Assembly: GCA_022823825.1 (NCBI GenBank)
Contig: JAJEHG010000012.1
Span: 34,732 to 98,731 of the forward strand
DNA: 64,000 bases
Source: Nitrosopumilaceae archaeon
Lineage (GTDB): Archaea; Thermoproteota; Nitrososphaeria; Nitrososphaerales; Nitrosopumilaceae
Reading direction: 5' to 3'
Positions 38,514 through 50,012 of this stretch are shown one piece after another; within the stretch, counting starts at the first letter, position 1, and every line of letters begins with the position of its first letter. The notes under the pieces are model-generated. The model ran no database searches. It was not told the DNA's origin and was given only the letters and a program-made list of their open reading frames with translations. The translations under genes and the position numbers were made by a program.

Positions 38514-39119
38514 ATGTCCGATGCGCCAGCAAGCGATCCCGGCGGCGGGAGGGAAGAGCTCGTCGCGATGCTGCAAAAGACTGGGGCCTTGAGGCTCTCT
38601 GCCAAAAGGGAGTTCAGGCTGGCATCGGGCGAGATGTCAGATCACTATTTTGATCTCAGGCTGCTGTGCGGCGATCCGGACGGTATAGGTGTCGTGTCTG
38701 CCGCTCTGTACGACCTGATGGTGCAGATGGGCGCGCCGCGGTCGGTGGGCGGCATAGAGTCCGGCTCCATCTCGATTGCCGCGGCCATATCGCAACTGAG
38801 CGGGCAGCTCCACAGGCAGGATCCGTCCTTGCCGTCCTTGCCGTCCTTCTTCGTAAGGAAGGGCCGCAAGGAACACGGGACACAGAAGATGATAGAGGGC
38901 GTAATAGAGTCACCTGCCGTCGTGGTGGAGGACGTGATTACAAGCGGCGGCTCGGCGCTCAGGGCGGTAGATATAATCCGCGATGCGGGGTACGAGTGCG
39001 GCCATTTGGTGTGCATAGTGTTCCGGGGATCCGACGCGCAGCAGAGAGAGATAGAGAAGGCCGTGAAGATGCGGTACCTGCTCAGATCCGACTACATACT
39101 AGGGCGCCTCCGCGCATGA
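38514..39119 (+). CDS. pyrE: Orotate phosphoribosyltransferase
   Basis: FRLASGEMSDHYFD, VRKGRKEHGT, VVEDVITSGGS. Confidence 0.92.
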   Translation: MSDAPASDPGGGREELVAMLQKTGALRLSAKREFRLASGEMSDHYFDLRLLCGDPDGIGVVSAALYDLMVQMGAPRSVGGIESGSISIAAAISQLSGQLHRQDPSLPSLPSFFVRKGRKEHGTQKMIEGVIESPAVVVEDVITSGGSALRAVDIIRDAGYECGHLVCIVFRGSDAQQREIEKAVKMRYLLRSDYILGRLRA

Positions 39120-39212
39120 CCGCGTTCCCTGCGACGCGGTGCCACATGCAAGGAAGCGCCACATGAGGCTGCATGAAAAACACACCCCCAGCAAAACCAC
39201 TTTATCCCCGCC

Positions 39213-40016
39213 GTGCATTACGACATTGTGGATTTCACCGGCAAAACGGTACTTGTCACCGGAGCCTCATCCGGGATAGGCAAGGAGTCTGCAATACAGT
39301 TTGCCCGCAGGGGCGCCAACCTGGCCCTGGTGGCAAGGAGAAAGGACATGCTCGATGCCGCCGCGTCCTCACTTGAATCCAGATACGGCGTCCGCGCCAA
39401 GGCGTACCAGTGCGACGTGTCGCAAAGGGAGCAGGTCTCGCGCATGACCGGTTTGGCGCTCGACGAGTTTTCGGACGTAGACGTTCTGGTGAACAACGCG
39501 GGCTTTGCGATCAGCGGGGCCGTATCCGCCATGCCAGTAGAGGACATCGAGTCGCAGATGCAGACCAACTACCTTGGGATGGTATACTGTACGAAGGGGC
39601 TGCTGCCCCACATGCTCGGGAGGGGCTCGGGACACATCGTCAACGTGGCGTCGGTTGCCGCGAGCTTTGGGCTGCCCGGCATCGCGCCGTACTGCGCCTC
39701 CAAGTCTGCGATGCTGGGGTTCTCCGAGGGGCTGAAGCACGAGCTGAGGGGGACCGGCGTGGGCGTAACGGTGGTCAGTCCCATAATGGTCAGGACCGAG
39801 TTCTTTGATCATCCGTGCTTTGAGAACGTGCCGCGCAGCCCGGCAGCCTCGCTCGGCCCCGGCACCGTCGCCAAGGCCGTGCTGCAGGCCGCGGGCTCAC
39901 CAAGGCTTGAGATCATAGTGCCGCCGCCCGTCCGCGCCGCGGTATGGCTCAAGCACACGCTTCCGTTCGTGATAAACCCCATACTTGGAAGGGCGTTCAA
40001 AAAATACATGCGCTAG
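39213..40016 (+). CDS. Short-chain dehydrogenase/reductase
   Basis: TGASSGIG, NNAG, YCASK. Confidence 0.93.
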   Translation: MHYDIVDFTGKTVLVTGASSGIGKESAIQFARRGANLALVARRKDMLDAAASSLESRYGVRAKAYQCDVSQREQVSRMTGLALDEFSDVDVLVNNAGFAISGAVSAMPVEDIESQMQTNYLGMVYCTKGLLPHMLGRGSGHIVNVASVAASFGLPGIAPYCASKSAMLGFSEGLKHELRGTGVGVTVVSPIMVRTEFFDHPCFENVPRSPAASLGPGTVAKAVLQAAGSPRLEIIVPPPVRAAVWLKHTLPFVINPILGRAFKKYMR

Positions 40017-40070
40017 CAGCGGGCCGCCCGTCCGTTGCGCTTTCCATTACTGCCGCCACCACGCCGATGC

Positions 40071-40478
40071 CTAGCCGCCGCCCGTCCCGTCCGCGTCTAC
40101 TGCCTCCAGCGACTGCAGCCCGAACCTGTAGATTGCGTCCATCTCTATGCCCTTTTCATTCAGCAGGTACTCGACTGTCTTTTTGCCAAGCGGGGCCTTG
40201 TGCTGCTCAAATACAAAGCAGTACACAGTGCCCTTCTCCAGAGTCTTCGTATCACTGCCGGCAGGCACGTCCATCGTTATGATGTGCCTTCCGTCCTCCA
40301 CCGGCTCGTACAGCTGCACGTCTGCCTTGTTGTCCTTGTCATACAGCTCCAGTATGACCCCCGTTCCGTCCACCTTTCTGGTGTCCGTGAACTCGGCATT
40401 CTCAATGTCGCTGACCACCCAGTCAGGAAGCTCGTCTGGCATTACTCTTCCTGCTTTTCCTTTTTGCTCTTCTGCCAC
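40071..40478 (-). CDS. Conserved hypothetical protein
   Basis: Clean ORF with genome-typical codon use; overlaps the upstream gene. Confidence 0.7.
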   Translation of the reverse strand: MAEEQKGKAGRVMPDELPDWVVSDIENAEFTDTRKVDGTGVILELYDKDNKADVQLYEPVEDGRHIITMDVPAGSDTKTLEKGTVYCFVFEQHKAPLGKKTVEYLLNEKGIEMDAIYRFGLQSLEAVDADGTGGG

Positions 40479-40750
40479 CAGTTCAGGTAGTCGTCCTGCC
40501 TGTCCTCGCGCGTCTTCTCACGCTGGTTCAGCTTGTACCTGATGTCCGACACCTGCTCCCTCGTGGCGTACAGCCCGCACCGCTTGCATATGAAGTGCTT
40601 TGTGGCCGTGTCAAGCTTCATGGGGATCTCGACTTGGTCGAACAGCTTGTACAGGTCGTCCCTGCCCCTGTCCTCCTCGGGCGTCTCCTCCTCGTACCGC
40701 TCCTGCATCTTCCTCTTTTCCTTTGCCGCGCATTCCGGACAGTTGGGCAT
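40442..40750 (-). CDS. Hypothetical Zn-ribbon protein
   Basis: CPEC...CKRCG; TTTTAAG box ~25 nt upstream. Confidence 0.75.
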   Translation of the reverse strand: MPNCPECAAKEKRKMQERYEEETPEEDRGRDDLYKLFDQVEIPMKLDTATKHFICKRCGLYATREQVSDIRYKLNQREKTREDRQDDYLNWWQKSKKEKQEE

Positions 40751-41211
40751 GTATCTTGACGCCAAATTTTTTCCTTAAAAAGCCTTACCGATAGCGGTCC
40801 GGGCGCGGGTGCCGTTTCGCGGCTTGTCAGATCGGACGCGCGCGCAGAGCCGCGCCGAGGTTTGGCATGGCCCGTTAGTGTTGGGTGTGCCTTAATTTTA
40901 TAGTCATATATTTTTTGAACGGTTTGGGATCTGCCCGGCGCCCCCTAAAGCCCACAACTGGTGCATGGCCGCCCCTCCCCTTCTCACAAGGCCCCCACTT
41001 CTTACAGCTTTGTCAAAAACGGCGCAGTCCGCGTTAACGATGCGGAATGTGTGGATTCGTACACAAATTAGGCGTTTGTGGCCATCTCCAATAATGACAA
41101 TAATAAATAGTCCAACGCGCGGCTCATCTCGTCATCCCTTTCGGTCCGTTCGCCCATCGAACATTGCCGCGCGCCGGACCTACGTCCGCCATGCGCCGCG
41201 TCTTATTATCC

Positions 41212-42489
41212 CTATTCCTGGAGCATGTCAGACGCGATCTTGGCCGCGTTCTGGGCCCCGCCACCGTCAAAGTTTTTGGAGAACTCTGACAGCCTGTCCG
41301 CGTACTCGGATCTGTTGCGCCTTATGTCTCGTATGGCCTCGATGATCTGTCCCGTGCTGTTTGCCAGGGCGCCAAGCCCGCGCTCGTGGGCCCACCTTAT
41401 GTTGTTCGTGTGCTCGTCGTATATGGGGACCCCTATGATGGGCTTTGCCTTGCCCCCCATTATCTCGCCCATTACCGTGTGCGAGCCGTTGATCACGGCG
41501 TAGTCGCACGCGTCAAGCACCATGTCCTTGTCATTCTCGGCCAAAAAGCCCACGTCGATCTGGACCCAATCGACCCCCCTGCCGGCGGCCTCTGCTATGG
41601 TGTACCTCCTGCCGTCCGCATCCGTTACCGAGTCGATGCTGTCGTCGTTTCTTGCATGCGAGATTATCCTGCGCTCTGCTGCCATCTCGTCCCTCGCAAA
41701 GGCCTCCTCGTACCTCCTGCCTGTCCCGTCGTTGGTGGACCTGTTGCCAGTGCGCATCCAGTACCCAAAGCCCCCAGTACCGTTCTGCCCAAGCAGCCTG
41801 GCCAGGTCCGTGCCGGCTCCTTTCTTTGTTGCTGTCGCCGCCGCCGATCCTGCGCCGCCGCCGCCCTCCGTAAAGTGGCCCACGTACACGACCTTTTCCC
41901 TCTCGACCTCGTCTGGAAAGTTGAGGTTGTGCTCGCATATGGTGTGCGGCGGCGGCGAGTCGGCCACCAGGATCTTGGTGGCCTTTGCTATCTGCCTTGC
42001 TATGAATGCGACCGCGGGGTACAGGTACGACCGCGTCCTGTACAGCCTGGGCCTGAACTGGTTCGTGACGAACAGGCACGGTATGTCCCTGTTGCGTGCA
42101 AGTATGTTTGAGCCCACGTCGCCGTCGTTTACCACCAAATCAAACTTTTGCGTGTCGTACAGTCTGCGCTCCTGGCGCAGGTAGTTGGCAATCTGGGATA
42201 CGAGGGCCGGGTTTCCCTCCACCGGGAGCAGCAGGTTTGCAAGCGACTTTGAGAGGCTGGGGCCCATGTCTCCGTCTATCGGGGTAGGCATCAGAATCTC
42301 GTGTATTCTGTCGGTTTGGCCCGCCGCCCCGAGGCGCTCAAGAAGCCTCTGGTATATGCGGCCCTTGCTTGAGTAATGCACCTCTGCGGAGCCGCCGCCC
42401 ATCCGGTCCGCCAGCGCCCTGTCAAACCTCATCATTCTAGAGTAGTGGCCGCCCCCCCACGGGTAGATGAACTGCCCTATCTTGCGCAT
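41212..42489 (-). CDS. GT-B glycosyltransferase (GT28/MJ1255-like)
   Basis: GGGHYSR, NGSH.VMGE...KPIIGVP...EH.NN. Confidence 0.85.
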   Translation of the reverse strand: MRKIGQFIYPWGGGHYSRMMRFDRALADRMGGGSAEVHYSSKGRIYQRLLERLGAAGQTDRIHEILMPTPIDGDMGPSLSKSLANLLLPVEGNPALVSQIANYLRQERRLYDTQKFDLVVNDGDVGSNILARNRDIPCLFVTNQFRPRLYRTRSYLYPAVAFIARQIAKATKILVADSPPPHTICEHNLNFPDEVEREKVVYVGHFTEGGGGAGSAAATATKKGAGTDLARLLGQNGTGGFGYWMRTGNRSTNDGTGRRYEEAFARDEMAAERRIISHARNDDSIDSVTDADGRRYTIAEAAGRGVDWVQIDVGFLAENDKDMVLDACDYAVINGSHTVMGEIMGGKAKPIIGVPIYDEHTNNIRWAHERGLGALANSTGQIIEAIRDIRRNRSEYADRLSEFSKNFDGGGAQNAAKIASDMLQE

Positions 42490-42512
42490 GAGGCGCCAAG
42501 ACCATTGCCCGT

Positions 42513-43727
42513 TTAAATTGTGATCTGCCTGGTGCCTCGGGACGACCCCGACGACCCCGGATACAGCGAGTCGAGAATGTCGTGCGTGTTGTTTGCACCC
42601 ACCCGGACGGCGACCTTTTGGACCGGTTCTGCCCTGACCGTGTCGTCCTGCCATTCTGTCCCGGCCGTCCCTCCTGCCGGGGCCGCCACAGGTGTCGCCG
42701 CCGTTGCAATCTCCTTCTCCAGCCTCTTGACGCCGGCGTCCCCCAGTACCAGCTCGCGCGCGATCCCGTAGATGCCGTCCTCGCCTGTTCCTGCAAGGGG
42801 CACAAGCGGCGTCATGCCGTGCTCGGTTACGTACAGCACGTGGGCGTCCACGACATCGGCCGGAAACGCGGCGGGGGGTACGGCAAGCGCCATTCTGGCG
42901 CCCGGCCCCTGCAGGTTATGCATGGTTCTGGTGACGGACCCGACAAAATCTTGGTACTTTTTGCCGGCGCTGCGGCCTCCGCGGCCGCGACTGCCGCCGC
43001 CGCCCCCCATCCTTACAAACTCTAGCTCGACTTCCTGCCTCAGCATCCTTGGGATAAGTCGGTTCAGCAGCCTTGCTAGGTTCAGCAGCTCCGCCCTGCT
43101 CTTGTAAAAGACGGTTATCGAGACGTCGTATCCCTGCCGCATGCACTCAAAGCACGAGGCGGCGGACAGCTCGTCATATACGGCGCACGCCGCGTCCTTC
43201 CGGCCGTCCCGCTGGGTCGGCACGCCCCCCGCGCCCCCGTCAGAGAATATGCAGACGTACGCGTTTTTTGGCGTCACATACGCGTAGATCTCCTTGTCAA
43301 ACCTGCTCTCGGTCCCGGGAACCGCCCCCAGCTCCTCCTTTCTTTCTATGATTCTTGACGTGGCAGCCACCTCGGCATCCTTTGCGATGAACCCCTTCGT
43401 GGTTCCCTCCACCGTAACCAGGAACCGCTCCCCCCTCAGCAGGAGGTTGCCGCCCACCGACGCAATCTTGGAGACCAGCTCGTCAAGGCCGTTGCCGGCC
43501 CTTCTTGCTATGGCCACCCTCCTGACCCCGAACAGCAGCCCTATGGCAGACGACGCAAAGACCGGGTCGTTTGCGTGCACCAGTATGATGTCGCCATCGC
43601 GGCCAACCGACCTAAACTCCTGCCCGCGTATCCTTAGGATTGTCTTTATGTTTGCAGTCAGCTGCGGGATTCTCTTCCGTGCAAATACGGTTGGAAAGAC
43701 CAGCACGTACGAGGGGGCCTCTTCCAT
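42513..43727 (-). CDS. THUMP-domain ThiI-like protein (PP-loop degenerate)
   Basis: L.ANI..IL, LFGVRRV, GAGGVP; PP-loop replaced by YDELSA. Confidence 0.75.
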   Translation of the reverse strand: MEEAPSYVLVFPTVFARKRIPQLTANIKTILRIRGQEFRSVGRDGDIILVHANDPVFASSAIGLLFGVRRVAIARRAGNGLDELVSKIASVGGNLLLRGERFLVTVEGTTKGFIAKDAEVAATSRIIERKEELGAVPGTESRFDKEIYAYVTPKNAYVCIFSDGGAGGVPTQRDGRKDAACAVYDELSAASCFECMRQGYDVSITVFYKSRAELLNLARLLNRLIPRMLRQEVELEFVRMGGGGGSRGRGGRSAGKKYQDFVGSVTRTMHNLQGPGARMALAVPPAAFPADVVDAHVLYVTEHGMTPLVPLAGTGEDGIYGIARELVLGDAGVKRLEKEIATAATPVAAPAGGTAGTEWQDDTVRAEPVQKVAVRVGANNTHDILDSLYPGSSGSSRGTRQITI

Positions 43728-43758
43728 CGCCGTGTTGAGGCCAGTGTGCGTTTTTAAC

Positions 43759-44454
<696 letters not shown>

Positions 44455-44680
44455 TATGTTATATGCGTTAAGGGTGAGCCCACCCACCCCGGGTTCATGG
44501 GCAGTCGCGTCAGGGCGGCAGGCGCTGCCCATGCCCTCCATGGCCAAGCGCGTCGGGGGGGGGGGGAGAAGGCCGCGCACCTGAGACCGGCGCCGGATAG
44601 ATCGTTTGCGGCAGCGGCCGGATCCTCAGCTTTCCACGTATTGATGTAATCAATATATAACAAATACGGGGTCATGGCGC

Positions 44681-45397
44681 ATGCCAAGATTCACCCAGAA
44701 GGACATGGACGAGCTGAACTCGTCTATTACCACCGCCGAGGCCGCGCTCGAATGGGCCTCTGAGAACCTGCACCCGAGGGTGGCAAAGGCCTCCAGCTTT
44801 GGGGCCGAGGACGCCGTCCTGATTGACATCATGCGGAAGATAAACCCGGAGTTCCGGTTCTTCACCCTGGATACGGGGAGGCTCCCAAGGGAGACCTACG
44901 ACGTCATCGACAGACTCCGCAAAAAGTACGGCGTGGCGGTGGAGGTGCTGTTTCCCGACGCGGCCGAGGTCGAGGAGATGGTCAATGCAAAGGGAATCAA
45001 CCTGTTTTATGAGAGCGTGGAGAACCGCAAGCTCTGCTGCAGGGTGCGCAAGGTGCGCCCCATAAACCGCATGCTTGCCACGCTTGACGGCTGGATTACG
45101 GGCCTGCGCCACGACCAGACGAAGCTGCGCCACGCCGCCAAGATGTTCCAGCTCGACGCGGCGCACGGCGGCATCGTCAAGATAAACCCCATCATAAACT
45201 GGACGTGGGAGGACGTCCAGAACTACATCAAATCCCACGACGTCGTATACAACGAGCTGCTTGACCGGGGCTACCTGAGCATAGGGTGCGAGCCGTGCAC
45301 GCGCCCTGTAAAGCCCGGCCAGTCGCTGCGCGAAGGCAGGTGGTGGTGGGAATCAGGCAGCGACCTGGAATGCGGAATACACGTGGATCCGGTCTGA
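44681..45397 (+). CDS. cysH: APS/PAPS reductase
   Basis: SSFGAED, LDTG, CC.VRKV.P, SIGCEPCT, REGRWWWE, ECGIH. Confidence 0.94.
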   Translation: MPRFTQKDMDELNSSITTAEAALEWASENLHPRVAKASSFGAEDAVLIDIMRKINPEFRFFTLDTGRLPRETYDVIDRLRKKYGVAVEVLFPDAAEVEEMVNAKGINLFYESVENRKLCCRVRKVRPINRMLATLDGWITGLRHDQTKLRHAAKMFQLDAAHGGIVKINPIINWTWEDVQNYIKSHDVVYNELLDRGYLSIGCEPCTRPVKPGQSLREGRWWWESGSDLECGIHVDPV

Positions 45398-45439
45398 CGC
45401 ATGACAGGGCGTGGTTTCATATAGAGCCCCCCAGGAAGC

Positions 45440-46615
45440 ATGTGCATGTCCAAGAACGGCGGGGTGATCGGAGCCCACGGCGGCAGGCTTGTAAACCGCA
45501 TGATCTCCCGTGACGACGGCAGCGACGGCTCCGCGTATAACGACATGTTCTCGCTTCAGATATCGGCCGATCTGGCTAACGACGTTGAGAATATTGCGGA
45601 CGGGATCTTCAGCCCCCTTGAGGGGTTTCTGGGCCAGGGGGACGTTGAGAGCGTCGCCAAGAGAGGCAGGCTTGCGGACGACACGGCTTGGACCATACCC
45701 ATTGTACTTGACGTGACGGAGGAGACTGCGTCTGCAGTGAAAGACGCGGGCGACGTCATGCTAAGGGATCCACAGGGCACGGGCATCGCCATACTGCATG
45801 CGGAGGAGGTGTACAGGCCCGCCAAGGAGGCGCTGGCACAGGGCGTCTACGGGACGACTGACAGGTCCCACCCCGGCGTGGCCCACACGATGTCGCTGCA
45901 CGACGACTTTGTCTCCGGTGCCATAGACTACGTGCAGAGGCCAGCGGACACGCCGCTGCGCTCGGACCGGATGACGCCGGTACAGACGCGCAAGGCCTTT
46001 GAGGAGGCGGGGTGGAAGACCATATGCGCGTTTCAGACTAGAAACCCGCCGCACGTAGCCCACGAGATGCTGCAAAAGACGTCGATTACGACCCGCGACG
46101 GCGTCTTTGTCAACCCTCTGGTGGGCCGCAAGAAGAAGGGGGACTTTGTGGACGACGTGATAATAAAATGCTACAAGGAGATGATACGGCTGTACTATCC
46201 GGAGAGCAGGTGCCACTTTGCCACGCTCCACACCGAGATGAGGTATGCGGGCCCGAGGGAGGCCATACACCACGCCATAATGCGGCAGAACTACGGCTGC
46301 ACGCACATCATCATAGGAAGGGATCACGCCGGCGTCGGCTCCTTTTACGATCCGTTTGCGGCCCAAGAAATATTCTCAGAATATCCCGAGCTGGAGATAC
46401 AACCCGTGTTCTTTCCGGCGTTCTTTTACTGCGGCGAGTGCCTCACGTACACCAACGGAAAGTGCTGCCCGCACGACGCGGGCGCCAGGGAGCAGATAAG
46501 CGGCACCCAGCTCAGGGAGATGATACAGGAGAACAGACCGCCCTCAAAGTTCGTCCTGAGGCCGGAGGTATCCGATATAATACTAAAGCACCCTAGCCCG
46601 TTTGTAGAGGAATGA
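45440..46615 (+). CDS. sat: Sulfate adenylyltransferase
   Basis: [35 protein letters not shown]. Confidence 0.96.
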   Translation: MCMSKNGGVIGAHGGRLVNRMISRDDGSDGSAYNDMFSLQISADLANDVENIADGIFSPLEGFLGQGDVESVAKRGRLADDTAWTIPIVLDVTEETASAVKDAGDVMLRDPQGTGIAILHAEEVYRPAKEALAQGVYGTTDRSHPGVAHTMSLHDDFVSGAIDYVQRPADTPLRSDRMTPVQTRKAFEEAGWKTICAFQTRNPPHVAHEMLQKTSITTRDGVFVNPLVGRKKKGDFVDDVIIKCYKEMIRLYYPESRCHFATLHTEMRYAGPREAIHHAIMRQNYGCTHIIIGRDHAGVGSFYDPFAAQEIFSEYPELEIQPVFFPAFFYCGECLTYTNGKCCPHDAGAREQISGTQLREMIQENRPPSKFVLRPEVSDIILKHPSPFVEE

Positions 46616-46708
46616 CTTTTGCGCGTACGTTGCAGGCCTACGCGGCAACGACAGCAGCAACCATGACACGTTCGGTTCATTTATTCGGGACGGAGGCCGG
46701 CACGTGAC

Positions 46709-47461
<753 letters not shown>

Positions 47462-47559
47462 CGGCCACTGCCGGTCACGGTGTGGCAGATGGGAAATCCC
47501 CGGATCTTGGTTGGCCCGAGTATAGCGGCTGAGCTGTGACGCGTTCTGCGACGGCGCCC

Positions 47560-47922
47560 TTAGGCCGTGTCAAGCAGGAGCTGCTGGCCCGTTTTGATGG
47601 CGTCGAACCTGTCAGAATCCAGGATGCGGAGCGGGATGCCCGCGACGGCGCACCCGGTGGCGACCGTCAGGTCGGCCTTTCTGCATATCATGCCTGCCGG
47701 CGCGGACCCGCCCGACTTTAGCGCGTATATGGTGTACGCCCCCACGCTGCTTCCCGCCCCGGACGGAAAGACCAGTATCGAGTCCTTGACGCTCTTCCCG
47801 TACAGATCATGGTTGCGGTCGGTTATCACTCCGGTCTTTTTGTCCACCGCCCCGAGAAAGTTGATCGGCATCTCTGACTTTAGCACGGTACCCCGGGCAC
47901 TGCCCTCCACCAGCACCTTCAT
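47560..47922 (-). CDS. Aconitase X swivel subunit (DUF126; probable phosphomevalonate dehydratase small subunit)
   Basis: INFLGAVD..TG, ILVFP.GAGSSVG.Y; translationally coupled to the DUF521 gene. Confidence 0.88.
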   Translation of the reverse strand: MKVLVEGSARGTVLKSEMPINFLGAVDKKTGVITDRNHDLYGKSVKDSILVFPSGAGSSVGAYTIYALKSGGSAPAGMICRKADLTVATGCAVAGIPLRILDSDRFDAIKTGQQLLLDTA

Positions 47923-49133
47923 TCCGTCTCGTCCTCCAGTATCTTGGCGAGCGGCTTCAGGTCCACGCCGACACCGCTTGCGTTGTTCATGTAAAACGCG
48001 CCCTTTATGCTGTTGGTGGTTACGGCGTCGACCTTGTCCGAGCCGAGCAGCGGCGAGAGGCACGTGCAGCAGTCGGCCAATACCTCGCATCCGGCGCGCT
48101 CAAGGCCCCGCACGTAGTCCAGCTTCCGGGCCTGCTCCTTTACCGTCCTGGGGCAGAACACCATGCACCTCTTCTTGAACGAGCGGCCCCGCAGCCGCTC
48201 CAGCAGATCGGACATCTCCCACAGGCCCAGCTGGGGGCTGCCGAGCGCTATGACGTCCCCCTTCTCGGCCGTGTCAAGCTCGTCGCGGACCTTGCGCGCC
48301 GCGTCATCATCAAACTCTATGGTTTCCGGCCTGCCGCTGTCACCACCGCCGTTTCCGGCATTCCCGCCCTCTTCCTCCCCCTCCTTTACGAACCGGAACT
48401 TGGCGCAGGTGCCCGACGTTCCCATCCCGCCGCACATCGCCTTGCACTGCCTCCTGTCCATTGCGGACGCGGACACGCCGGATATGTCTACTGAGGACGC
48501 GCCGCCCGCCTCCCTTCCCGCAAAGTAACCCAGCATCCCGTACGTGAGCTCGTCGGGCTCCCTGGCGCTCATCCGAACGGTCACGTTGGACGCCTCTTCC
48601 TCCTCCCTGCGCAGGTCCGAATACGGGCTCTTTCCTGTAATGGCGCTCGCAAGCGCGCTAAAGGCGCTCTCCTTGTTCGTCCTTGCCCCCGCAAACGAGT
48701 TTGCGTATATCGCCGCGTTGCTCTCCGCGAACGCGACCTGTTCGCCCCGGGGCATCTCGAATATCTCGTACGGGATGCACGAGAACGACTGCGTCACCCC
48801 CATGGCCTCGTACGAGTCTGCTATGGAGGCCTGCCCCGAGACGAACTCGTCGCCGAGGCCGTACCTCTCCACGCTGTCCGAGTCAAACCCCATGGGGTTC
48901 AGCGTGGTCCTTACCCTTACCTTGGCGCCCCGCGAGCTTATGCTCCTGAGGAACTCCTCGCCGGCGCCACCTATCGTGTTGTAGTTTACGCCTGACAGGT
49001 GCGCCCACCTTATCGGTATGAGGCGCTCGGCGTCTGTGGCCTCCCCGGTTGCGACCAGTATGCGGTAGGCCATCTGCATGATCTCGCCGTGCTCCCCCGC
49101 AAGCGCGGCCTCCTCGGACTCCTCAAGGTGCAT
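47919..49133 (-). CDS. Aconitase X catalytic subunit (DUF521; probable phosphomevalonate dehydratase large subunit)
   Basis: AHLSGVNY, TTLNP, SCIPY, AESNA, LGSPQ, DCC...SP, TNS.KG. Confidence 0.9.
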   Translation of the reverse strand: MHLEESEEAALAGEHGEIMQMAYRILVATGEATDAERLIPIRWAHLSGVNYNTIGGAGEEFLRSISSRGAKVRVRTTLNPMGFDSDSVERYGLGDEFVSGQASIADSYEAMGVTQSFSCIPYEIFEMPRGEQVAFAESNAAIYANSFAGARTNKESAFSALASAITGKSPYSDLRREEEEASNVTVRMSAREPDELTYGMLGYFAGREAGGASSVDISGVSASAMDRRQCKAMCGGMGTSGTCAKFRFVKEGEEEGGNAGNGGGDSGRPETIEFDDDAARKVRDELDTAEKGDVIALGSPQLGLWEMSDLLERLRGRSFKKRCMVFCPRTVKEQARKLDYVRGLERAGCEVLADCCTCLSPLLGSDKVDAVTTNSIKGAFYMNNASGVGVDLKPLAKILEDETE

Positions 49134-49178
49134 TGCCGTATGTGCCGCTGACAGGTATAATAATACTATAAGCGCACC

Positions 49179-50012
49179 GTGCGCGTGAAGAAGATTCTTG
49201 ACGGGATGATGAGCACGATGAACGCGGTCAAGCCGCCCCGCATGACCGCGCTCAGGGAGCTGCACGAGGCCGAGACGGGCGGGCCGTTCAGCATACTGAT
49301 AGGCACCATACTGTCTGCAAGAACCAAGGACGAGAACACCGCAAAGGTGGTCAGGGCCCTCTTTGCCAAATACCGCAACGCCAGGGAGCTTGCCGGCGCC
49401 AAGATCGGGGACGTTGAGCGCATAATCAGGCCCATCGGCTTTTACCGCGTCAAGGCCAGGAGGATAGTAGAGGTCGCAAAGATAGTGGACTCTGAGTATG
49501 GCGGCGTCGTGCCAGAGGACATCGACAAGCTGGTCGGGATGCCCGGCGTGGGGCGCAAGACCGCCAACTGCGTGCTCGTGTACGCGTTTGAAAAGCCCGC
49601 AATACCGGTCGACATACACGTGCACCGCATATCAAACCGGCTGGGGCTCGTGGAGACGAAGACCCCGGAGGAGACGGAGCAGGCCCTGATGAAGCTGGTC
49701 CCGAGGAGGCACTGGTTGCGCATAAACGACACGTTTGTGATGTACGGGCAGAACATCTGCAAGCCGGTCTCGCCCATGTGCGGGGTGTGCCAGATACGCG
49801 CAGAGTGCCTCTTTTACAGGAACAGCGTGCCTGCCGGGGATCCGCCGCCCGCCAAACCTGCGGGACGCCGCAGACCGGGGGGACGGGCCCTTCCTGCGGC
49901 GGCCGCCCGGCGGCCGCCCCCGCCCCCGCCGCAAGAGCGCGTGACGTGCGATCGGGACGCTGCACCGCCCCCGTTACTACCCTTATATTCACACATTTCA
50001 AAGGGCGTGTAA
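49179..50012 (+). CDS. nth: Endonuclease III (with low-complexity C-terminal extension)
   Basis: ILSARTKD, PGVGRKTAN, VDIHVHRI, C-X6-C-X2-C-X5-C. Confidence 0.95.
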   Translation: MRVKKILDGMMSTMNAVKPPRMTALRELHEAETGGPFSILIGTILSARTKDENTAKVVRALFAKYRNARELAGAKIGDVERIIRPIGFYRVKARRIVEVAKIVDSEYGGVVPEDIDKLVGMPGVGRKTANCVLVYAFEKPAIPVDIHVHRISNRLGLVETKTPEETEQALMKLVPRRHWLRINDTFVMYGQNICKPVSPMCGVCQIRAECLFYRNSVPAGDPPPAKPAGRRRPGGRALPAAAARRPPPPPPQERVTCDRDAAPPPLLPLYSHISKGV

